Origin: Antedon mediterranea
Lineage: Eukaryota > Animalia > Echinodermata
Length of the DNA stretch: 64,000 nt
Reading direction: 5' to 3'
Assembly (NCBI RefSeq): GCF_964355755.1
Contig: NC_092673.1
Span: 16,092,948-16,156,947, forward strand
The notes beneath the pieces are model-generated. The model was not told the origin of the DNA, searched no databases, and saw only the letters and a list, made by a program, of their open reading frames with translations. The translations under genes and the position numbers were made by a program. Below are positions 52,962 through 64,000 of this stretch, one piece after another; positions within the stretch are counted from its first letter, which is position 1; each line of letters begins with the position of its first letter.

Positions 52962-53612
52962 TAAAATAAATAATATATTGTTATCATCAACTAAAAAAAA
53001 TGGCCAGTGATCCCACAGTTTTACAACTCGTTTTGCAGTGCAGATCAGTTGTGTAGAATAAAAGTACTTTGACAAATTATTAAAATAAAAACAAATTGTA
53101 TCAAGAATAAAATTTGGAACTACTGTATTTACGGCCATTGGTTTGTTATACACTATTCCTTCACTTCAATATATGTAGGCTAAAAATTAAAGCAATAGTA
53201 CAGTGGATATGGAACTTTGACTTTACTTTTGACTTCAATGGCGCGATCATTCAATACGGTTGACTAATGACTGTTTATTTAGCGGCCCGGCATGGTATTT
53301 GTAGATTCTGCCATGGCGGTACACAACATAGGAGGTTGCGTAGTATATACAGTGACATAACATGGTCGCTGAGACGTCAAATTACTGCTATTTTTGCCTT
53401 TTTATCCTTAAAATTCAGGAAAATGAAATAGCCTATCGTGTGCGGCCCATCAATAAACATCAGTGTGGCAAATGTGAGCACGTACATTTTAGTGGTTTTG
53501 GAGGAGATACGTAAAATTACGCGAACAATTTAGTATCATTTATATATAGATTATTTATCACAGAAGAACACAGTTATTGATTTTTTACTTATAGGCATGG
53601 TTGGTTTATCAG

Positions 53613-56600
53613 ATGAGAATATTCCATCTGCTATTACTGCTCATGGTACAGATGTTCAGGAAGTGTACACTAAGGCATTGACTGAGGGATCTGTCAAAAT
53701 CAATCTTGGAATGCTTAAAGTGATTGGGCCGGAAGGAGTAGGTAAAACTTGCCTAATAAATGCATGTCTTGGAAAAGAGTAAGTACTAGTTAAAGGACAG
53801 TGAAATGAACTATGAAATATGCAAGTTAACTATATGATTCATTTTAATAACCAATTCCCTAATATCGCAGCCTTTAAAGTAACTCAAGTTCACTAATGGT
53901 TTCAAATAATTTTCACTTCAAATAACTCCAAGCATAATGTTTACAGCACTTAAAAGTGACACAAGTTCATTATTGGTTTCAAATGATTTTCACTTCAGAT
54001 TTAACACCAAACATGATGTTACAGATGGAATAGCAGTGATAAGAACTGTAAGCACAACATGGACAGAAGATTATGACGATAGTGGTAAACATGAATAAAT
54101 TTAGCTTTTCATCCCTCTTGCAGTGAACTATGATACACTATTGAAAGATAAACTGGAGATCATACCACTACTGACACACAGTAGTATATTGTTGGATACT
54201 GCATTAATGTTGATATGATCAGTCGTGTAACTGGCTGATTTCTGCATGATTTTTAGTCGCGTGTGACTCTACAGTTCACTATGTCGGTCGGTCGGTAAAC
54301 ACCAACTTGTATATGGCTTTGTCTTGATATCACTTTCATCTAGCTAAGTCAATTTTTCACAGTATATTCCTTATGGCCAGGAAAGGATAAAGGATGTGGT
54401 TATGTTTTCACGGTGCGCAATCAAAAATTATGCGGTCTACGCACAATTTAACGAAATCACGTTTTAATCATATCTCACCAGCATGAATCACAATTAAATA
54501 AAATTTGGTACTCATAAATTTCAAGGCATAAATCATCATATGGCAATACAATTAAGTGCATAGCGCATGAAACGCATGCGTACGCGCTTAAAATTTTCAA
54601 AATTTATTTTGGATGAAATAAGAGTATGTTTCAGGCAATTTTGAGCGTTTAAAAAATTGCCATGAGTGCGCAGATTTTTGCGCGCGTACTGCGCGGTAAC
54701 ATACAAATAATGAATGTTTATGAGTGTAATTGTACAAATAATGGCATGAGGTGAATGATGAAAGGTTATATCAATGAGGCAACACCAAGTTGATATAACC
54801 TTTCATCATTCACCAAATGCCATTATTTGTACCATTACACGAATATAAAACATTCATTATTTGTTTTATATAACATCTAAATAGATTCCTGTCATTTGAA
54901 TCAAATGAAAGGTAGCCCAGCCAAGAGGCCTACATTTCATTCACATTTATTAAAACAGTAACATTTTGTTTTTAATATTATATTAAATGTTATATTTATA
55001 TGGATTTTATAAACACACTTTTAGTGATAATTATGTCAACAAACGACCAAACAATCCTAGGCCTAGCAAGGCTAAAACGGCAAGGCTACTAGCTAGGCCT
55101 AGCTACAGTAGACTAGACCTAGGCCTAGTAGTACAGTAGTACTAGCTTGGCTGAAAGGCAAAACTTTGACAGACAATTGGAACTTATCTAGGATAATTAT
55201 GGTTTTTCCAACGATTCCATGTCTTGTAGGGATGTCCCCATTAATTAATCAAAATCCTAAAAATGATCTAAAGCTAATTTAAATGCCTTTTTGAATGACA
55301 TTATATCTCCAAATCGTACACAAACATCTGCTGCAGCTGTTGCATATATCTGGCGGTGTTGTTTACAAAGAACAGAGGTAGGACAACAGTTGGCGCTGTT
55401 GTATTTCACAGTAATTTGTACAGCAGATCTATTTTCATCCGCGAAACGTTTTTTTTTCGTACACAAATATGTTTAAAAAGTACTATCGATCGTTGAATAG
55501 TACGTACTATTGCACGCCATGTGACCCACAATCGTCCAATCAAATGACAGGAATTTATTTAGGTGTTATATAAATGTTAATATGCACTCTTTTTGCCCGA
55601 TTTCAGTTTTACAACCATTCTTTAATAATATCATAGTTGATTCACTTTTCAACTCGAAATTACGTTATACAAGTGACAGGCTACGCACGTCCGTGTAAGT
55701 TAACAAAATGGTGAAAATATGCTAAATTTTAAAATTAATATAGATTGTCAGAATGCTCAGGAACACCTATTTTGCATTTCATTTTCTTAAATAAGTGTAT
55801 CATGTATGATTTATTATGAAATTAAGAGAACAAAAGTTGATTAGTTCATCATTAATTGCCTATTAAATTTATAAAAAATAATTTCGACAATCAAACAAAT
55901 TATGACATTTTCATAGGCCGAAATAAACTTACCATTAACTTTCTTCCTTAAAATGTTTATATATTACATTTAATAGTATATAGTCTGACAGTGCATCAGT
56001 TGTGTATGGCTCGGTGGTACCGAGATCGAGTCTCACCTTGGTAAACAAAACGAAATAAGAAGCTTAGAGACATAACAGCTTCCACAATATGTGTGCTGTT
56101 TCCAGGATGGCCGACATGTGAGCTCTTAACTTTTCATGCCCTTTTTTTTGCACTCTACAGCTCACTATGTCGGTCGGTCAGTAAACACTAACTTGAGCAC
56201 GCAACTGCAGCCATCTACATGGCCTTGTTATTTTACATATTAAATATTGTTACTCCTGATCTTTTCTGATGCAAAACATTTGATGGTTTGCTTCTTTCAG
56301 GATTGTATTTCATTCAATTTACATTTTCAATTAGTTTGAAGTGATAACCTAATAATCAACTATTATTCACTTAAATCAACCCAAGGACAGAAATAAATAA
56401 CTTTGTTTTGTTATTTTCAGGTAATCCCTCAAAACAGTTTACAAAATTTGTCGCTGACAAAATGAGAACAATGAAAAGTGAAAACGTATGTCAACAACAT
56501 TTTATTTAAAACATTAAAATAATACAAAAGCCATTTATACTTCTTTTTTTGTGGAAAGATATCAATCTAGTCCACTGGACTTACTTACTAACGTAAGTTC

Positions 56601-59600
56601 AGTGAACTAGATTGATATCTTTCCACAAAAAAAATATTACACTACCTGAATAAATGAGAATATTATTACTAGCCTAAACTGAGGGGTTTGTTTTCTTAAT
56701 GCAAATCAATGATTCTTCAACAAGCAAATCAAAACTAATGTGGTTTGGAAAGTAAATGTATTTTCTATTTAGGTAAATATAAAGAATATTTAAATTAATA
56801 TAGCTCATCGACGATGAGCTATGCTCGACGCGATTATGAGATCATGTTCCGAATATGAGCACTGTTTCAATATTTTAATAGTATGATTTATAAAGAATAT
56901 TTAACTATTTATAAGGTTTGTTTTCATTATATGAGTTAGGTTGTCCAGAAACCACCTAAAGGTGATAATGATTCTAAAAATATTGAGGGCCATGATGATA
57001 TTAATGACAACCACACCAATATTGAAGACAACTACAACAAAGATGATGATCATGACAATCACAGCAAAGATGATGATCATGACAATCACAGCAAAGATGA
57101 TGATCATGGCAACCACAGCAAAGATGATGATCATGACAACCACAGCAAAGATGATGATCATGACAACCACAGCAAAGATGATGATCATGACAACCACAGC
57201 AAAGATGATGATCATGACAACCACAGCAAAGATGATGATCATGACAACCACAGCAAAGATGATGATCATGACAACCACAGCAAAGATGATGATCATGACA
57301 ACCACAGCAAAGATGATGATCATGACAACCACAGCAAAGATGATGATTATGACAACCACAGCAAAGATGATGATCATGACAACCACAGCAAAGATGATGA
57401 TCATGACAAACAGAGCAGTCATGGTAATGATTAGTTTGTGTAACTTTTTAAATTCTGTTTTTTTAAACAATAGTATTAAGAATTCTGTAATATTATATTG
57501 ATGAATCTTTTTAATGACTGTAACATAACATGTGCAATCCTGAGATTTGATCCCATTCACAATATAGTGGAGTTTGTACTGTACCTTGATCGTGCTGTTT
57601 TAAAGCCATTAAATTGGAAGGTAATACTCTACAGTATCTCCTGTAATAGAAATTTAATTATTTGCAGTTCTAAATTAATTTGTTTTTCTAGTATTTTCCA
57701 ACTTGACTAAAGTAATTTAAGAAATTTATTTGTATTTATATGATTAAATTAAATTTTGAGTAAAATGCTATACAATTTGTAAAGATAATGACTACAACAG
57801 AGATAATGATAATGACTAAAACAATGTGGTGATGATATAATGACTATAATAATTATGTATACAAAAACAATGATGAGAATGATTGTTTATGAGTATAACA
57901 TTGTTGGCAATTACATTGATGATGATGACCATGACGATGATGTGATATTATGACAAAAACTATATCATTGATGATAATAGTGATGAAAACTATAACATTG
58001 ATGATAATAGTGATGAAAACTATAACATTGATGATAATAGTGATAAAAACTAAAACATTAATGATATTAGTGATGAAAACTATAACATGAATAATAATAG
58101 TGATGAAAACTATAACATTGATGATATTAGTGATGAAAACTATAACATTGATGATAATAGTGATGAAAACTATAACATTGATGATAATAGTGATGAAAAC
58201 TATAACATTGATGATAATAGTGATGAAAACTATAACATTGATGATAATAGTGATGAAAACTATAACATTGATAATAATAGTGATGAAAACTATAACATTG
58301 ATGATAATAGTGATGAAAACTATAACATTGATAATAATAGTGATGAAAACTATAACATTGATGATATTAGTGATGAAAACTATAACATTGATGATAATAG
58401 TGATGAAAACTATAACATTGATGATATAGTGATGAAAACTATAACATTGATGATATTAGTGATGAAAACTATAACATTGATGATAATAGTGATGAAAACT
58501 ATAACATTGATGATAATGAACAATAACAATGATGATAATGATGAAAACTATGATAATCAGATTACAACAATGTTGCTTTTTGCATGTGGAGTATTAAAAC
58601 AAAAATCTGTTTCAGCTACAGGTACTGACATTCCTGACATTGATACAGATCAGCAGTTAGATAATGATGTAATACAGGATATTGAGGACAATAAGGAGGA
58701 AACCTTTAAAGACACATTCAACATCTGGGATCACGGTGGACAACTGATATATCATGGTATACATCGCGTAAGTTATGATGTGTTTGTCTATACATGGTAT
58801 TTATCAACATAATAGTAGCATTATTATTGATATGCAGACTCAAATAGTTTCTGCACAAAGGCTCTGTAAGAAGTTTCAAATAGTTCACTACAAAAACCTT
58901 TTAACTCTACAGTATGTTGGCCAGTTTGAGTATGAGAAAAATATAACCTATGGAAATACAAATAAACAGTACATATTAGTGAAAATCTTGCTAGTACTTA
59001 CTTGTCTTCTCTTCTGCCATTTGCTATTTAGCTTTTAGTTCAAATTTTGTATTTATATTGTTAAATCTATATAGCATAACTATCTTTTTCCTTCCTCTTC
59101 TTTTACCATCATATCTTTTTTATCACAATTTTCAATATAGTCCTCCTCCTCTCCTTTCATATCCATACAAACTCTGCAGGTGACACACATGATTTTATTT
59201 TTCCAATTATTTTTTCTGCCTTATTTATTCTATCCATTAGTATTATTATTATCCGTTGACAATTCACTATATACAGTATTTACAGTAAATCCTATTAATC
59301 CATAATTTCTGTTTTTAATGTGTACTGATTCTAGTTTTCTGAGGTGAGTTATTGTATATTTCTGCAAAAATGTTGTTTTAAATGAATTTGTACCAGAGAA
59401 GTATTTGGTAGAAAGAGTATTAAAAACTAGATTTAATTTGTCACTATGACGAATTATAGGTTATATGCATTGATTTAAATCAAGATAATTGATTTTTAAA
59501 AGATATATTGATTGATTGATTGTCTCAGAATCTTTAATTATTTTAATATATGATAGGATCTGGCTAACGGGAATACAATAGCCGGTATAACAATCCGATC

Positions 59601-62600
59601 AAAGATCCCTCTGCGTATAATGTCATAAACCACACGTACTCGTATAAAGCAATTTTGAGTTGAATATGATTCTATTATTAGAAAAGGTTGTACAACAGAA
59701 ATCGGACAAATTTCATCAAAAATAAATTTTGACAATATTGAAAATTTTAAGAGCGGGTACACATGCGTTATATGCGCTACGCACGTTATTGTATTGTTAT
59801 ATGATGAAATATGACATTTATGAGTACCAAATTTTGATTAATTGTGATTCATGCTTGTGAAGATATGATTACAAACATGATTTCGTTAAATCGTGCGTAA
59901 TTTTTGATTGTGCACCGTGAAAACATAACCACATCGATTCCTGGCCATAAGAAATATACTCTGAAAAATTGACTTAGCTAGATGAAACTGATATCAAGAT
60001 AATTGACGGACAAAATAGTGCTATGGAAAGAATAAATAAATAAAGAAATAAATAAATAAAGATCCTGACAGAATCAAGACGTTGTATGCATGATAATGCA
60101 TATAACCTAATTATATTAAAACATTTTATATAAAGTTCTTAGTTATAGATAACCACTTAAAAAATAAAATTTGTCTAAATATCAGAAAGTACAGTAAAAT
60201 CAGTAAAATACTTGCTTTTTGCAGATGTTCATGACATTGGAAGCACTTTATATTGTTGTATTTGATCTTAGTGTGAACCTTAAGGATCGTGCTATTTTCA
60301 TTGATTCAAATGGAGTAAGTATTTGTAGGCCATGTAAAGTAATATTTTGAGGGCCCTTAATAGCAGTTAACTCACTGGGCTAAACTGGAAAGGTTACCCT
60401 CTTGTTTTAAATATACGTATTGTAAATATTGTGGTGGAATAAGTCTTTTTGAAAAGGAAAAAGGACATATGCTATTTTGTTTCATACCTTCCAGATAAGC
60501 TTCAAATTTAATTGTGGATAAAATCATTAAATTGTATGATAATTGTTGAATTTTTTTTTCAGAAAAAACGTAAATATCATTGGACCAATCTCCAGTTCAT
60601 ATTATCTTACATCCTGTCAGTTTATTCTCATAGTCGTATTGTGAAAGAAAACAAAGAAAAGGGAGTTCATAAACCAACTATCCTTATTGTGGGTACACAT
60701 AAGGGTAAGCTTAGTTGGTTTAAAAAAAAACAAAATGCTGAGGTAAATACTCAATGCTTCCATTTTTATGTTTACTGAAATTACCACAACTAAGCATACA
60801 TGTCAGATCTATAATAAGCAAATGAGTACTAGAGTAGTGCATCAATTAATTTGATTACTTAAGTCTATCGTGCGATTATTAGCAATATAGTAATCCCAGA
60901 GTCTATCATAAAGAAGTTTTTGAATATTAATTTATAAATTTGTTATTATTAGGCAAAAAAGGTATTTAAAAAGCTTCGAACTGCACTTAAAGAGAAACTG
61001 TATGAAGAACATGTATATCACCGATATTTTGCCATCGAGAACAGTAAAGAAACTACAGATGAAAGTTTTAGTGAACTCAAAAAGGTTATTGATGAGTTTA
61101 TGTCAGATTTAGAAAAGCCTGTTCCTTTGAAGTGGATGCGTTTTCGATGTGGCATACATAATCTAAGGAGAGAAAAACACTTTTCTTTGTGTCCTGTTGA
61201 AGAGGTAAGTTTAGTGTTTTGTTTTGAGAATAGAAATGTGTTTAAAATAATATCTAAGAAAGCATAAACAAAAAAACAATTATTATTAGTAAATTTTAAA
61301 AAGATATCAATCTAATGCGCTGGACTTACTTGTTTAGAAACAGCAACGTTTCACGACCAATCAAGGTCGTATCATCAGGCCGAATGGATGGAATTGTGGC
61401 ATTTGATCAGTGCTGTTAGTAAAGGAGGAGCTGTTAGTAAAGCGTCTAGATATTTTGTTGATAGCTGAATTGAAAGTACAAAATACCTTAGACGCTTCAC
61501 TAACAGCTCCTCGACTCTGTCACGGGTCACTAACCAAACGCCACAATTCCATCATTTGGCCTGATGATACGACCTTGATCGGTCGTTTAACCTCGCTGTT
61601 TTTAAACAAGTAAGTCCAGTGCATTAGATTTATATCTTTTTAAAATTGATACTACCTGGATGAATGAGAATATTCATATCCATATTATTAGTAAATATAA
61701 TAATATTGATTGGTAATATGGTCCTAACCATGTCTGAAGAATTATGAGCCAAACCTAGTAATATTACATGGAATATTCACAGCAATGTTACCATTCTAAA
61801 AGAGCAATCGTATAAACAATTGTATATCCCCCAGCTGGCCGTGTGTTCCTTCAGATTTTTTCCAGTAAATTTTATCAAGTAAATGACAAAAAAATTACAG
61901 TATTCATGCAGAACTTTTTATATGGTAATTGTAAGATTTTATGCCATAAAGGACAAAAATAATGTTATAAATGTATACCTACCTATGATTTTATATTTTA
62001 TTTAAATTTGAATAGTAATTAATATTTTTCTTTAGCTTAAAACGCTGGCAAGTGAGAATGGTATTGCAGATGAAAAACAACAATCAATCCTTCTTAACTT
62101 CCTGTATGATCTTGGTGAAATTGTTTACAGGCCTGACAACAAATTATTAAAAGATCAAGGAGTGTTAGATCCAATGAAGCTGGTTGAAATTTTCACGGCT
62201 TTTGTAACAGTCATTCCACCAGAAGATCCAGTAAGTAGGCTCATAAAAATGTTAATGCAGTGTTGCTTGGGAAAATAATAGTACATGTGAATTCCTATAG
62301 GCACTGTAGTATCAACAGCAATATTTATCCATGTTCTGGTGGGTTTTTTTTCAACATAATTCCTGCATCTCTTTTCAGATTCTAAATTGTTTGATAACTT
62401 AATGAACACAAAATCATAACATGTATGGCTAATTGGCGGTGTTTTTTTTAGCTGCCCATTTTTAGGAAGGCTTTTGATAAACTTGACAGGGGCATACTGG
62501 AAGAAGACTTGTTGCGTGAATTATGGAAAAAGCATAAAGTTGACGAAGGAAAGAATTTTGAGTTTCTTGTAGCACTGATGATTCAATTAGGTTTCATTTG

Positions 62601-63962
62601 CGAGAGGGAGACAACCAGCAGCCAAGATGTGGCAAGTACATCTACAGTAGGTTTTGTTAAGTTATCTTTTCTAACAGGATTTGCATGGAAGATTATGATA
62701 CATAATTAGTGAAATTGTATATAAAATTAAAAAGTATTTGTAGGGTTCAGACATATTTTGACTAAACTTTTTGCTGAAAGATGTTTTTAACATGTACAGA
62801 AAATGATCTTTAGTTTTCTTATTAAAAGAAATCTAAATGACATTTTACAAATCCAACAATTTCAGGAATCTGTTGGAAAGCGATCATTCTTTGTGCCACT
62901 ACGCCTTGCATTCAAGACATCAAGTGAAGTGAAACCAGTGTCTGATGATTCACAATCTATCAGTATCTATTACGACTTTAAGGGATATCTGCCAGATGTA
63001 TTGTTTCCATATATGATTATTGATTTCCTCAACAAATTTCAAATGAAAGGTGTTGACCCAATACTCTTGTATAATCATGCTGAACTTGACTTCAACCAAG
63101 ATCATCATGTGACCTTATATCTTGTCAAATTTGTGACTATGGACGATGAAAGAAAGTTCTTGTTAAAGGTACTGTATCATATAATTTGTTGTGAATAAGT
63201 TATGATTTAATAATAAAAACTTAAATTCAAATATCAAAACATCACTTTCCTTCTTTCTTTTTTAGGTGACTATTAAAAGAACTCTTGCTTGTAATGAAAC
63301 AAGTAATGATGAACCCTCTTCTAAAGCATGTAAAGAGGTTTGTTATTTCATATATCAATATTGAAAACTATATCATTTTTTATAGATGTTTTTGTTGATT
63401 TGTTTTTTTGTAATTATGACATAGTTTAAAATAACTTAAATATTTAAAATCATGTTTGTGTAGTTTACTTGATGCGTAATATAATTTGTAATTTTTATTG
63501 ATATACATTATTAATTGAATATTAAATTGATTATTGACAATTGATTTATAAAAACAATACATCTTTAACAAATAAATGATATAATCTTAATATTATATCA
63601 ATTTAAAATACAAACAACTGAAAGTACAGTTATCAAAACTAGTTATAAGTGATTTTTAATGAAATGTAGATTTTAAAATTTGTGCTATATTGTTTATGTG
63701 TTAATTGCATGTTTTTGGAAATTAACCTTCAATTTATATTGTTAGGTTTTGTTAACGATCCAGAAGTCATTTGAACCTTCTCAAGATGGTGGTAGAAGAG
63801 GGATTCAATATGAGAGATGCATACTTTGTGATGTATGTAGTGATATATCAGAACAGAAGCACATTCAAAATCTTGGTGATTTCCACGACGAGAAGTTGAA
63901 ATGCTCCAAAACTGGCATGATTATGAGCATGGATGTTACACGTTACAAGCGGCTATTTGAAG
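53613..63962 (+). CDS. Roco paralog 2, ROC-COR module B (13 exons, gene continues past window)
   Basis: Exons 53613-53778, 53999-54084, 56421-56485, 56940-57423, 58622-58767, 60225-60314, 60563-60742, 60953-61204, 62036-62230, 62452-62646, 62866-63168, 63266-63337, 63746-63962. Same phases as gene 1, P-loop GPEGVGKT, no stop seen. Confidence 0.85.
54252..56229 (+). mobile_element. About 2-kb composite intronic insertion, DINE/Helentron-like ends
   Basis: Replaces a T-run present at 11404-11413. Starts ttttagtcgcgtg...ctatgtcggtcggtcgg and ends ...atggccttgtt. 54320-54590 matches 59760-60000 in reverse orientation. Confidence 0.5.
57027..57404 (+). repeat. 27-bp coding minisatellite, 14 units, DNHSKDDDH
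   Basis: Same unit, inside exon 56940-57423. Confidence 0.95.
57951..58516 (+). repeat. 30-bp intronic minisatellite, about 19 units
   Basis: Unit gatgaaaactataacattgatgataatagt. Only 2-3 degenerate units exist at the paralogous site, about 12705-12790. Confidence 0.95.
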
Positions 63963-64000
63963 GTAAGAGTAACAAAACAGACAATTGTATTTTTATTACC

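Noticed and set aside
57951-58516. CRISPR-like array
   Set aside because: Head-to-tail units with no unique spacers, no cas genes, eukaryotic context
48397-64000. Paralog 2 as an uncollapsed allelic haplotype
   Set aside because: Judged unlikely, not excluded: it has a distinct 5' breakpoint, a 72-nt versus 105-nt exon, many private insertions and locally high exon divergence. Read depth would settle it.

Overview
AT-rich, intron-containing animal DNA (GT-AG introns, LINE/SINE/LTR/DNA-transposon debris). A marine invertebrate is my inference. Splicing by hand gives a + strand Roco-family GTPase gene whose start lies upstream of the window. It has two ROC-COR modules in tandem (module A 886-5824, module B 10758-18927) joined in frame by a phase-1 intron. 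Module B carries an extra exon encoding a (D/G)NHSKDDDH minisatellite inside the GTPase fold. Downstream lie micro-exons and a duplicated array of alternative last exons: one soluble tail and four tails with 1 or 2 predicted transmembrane helices (19512-39068). A second, 5'-truncated paralog (48397-64000) starts at the end of an Academ-like long-TIR element and keeps an intact module B. Between the two genes is a very young BEL/Pao-type LTR element (503-bp LTRs, 5-bp TSD) with no pol. Its Gag is fused in frame to an intronless coiled-coil segment resembling AKAP9/pericentrin. Other repeats: a Rex1/Babar LINE, nested hAT, Harbinger-like, Kolobok-like and Ginger-like non-autonomous elements, tRNA-derived SINEs and a Penelope-type hammerhead motif. 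All gene models come from manual splice and phase reading and have no transcript support.
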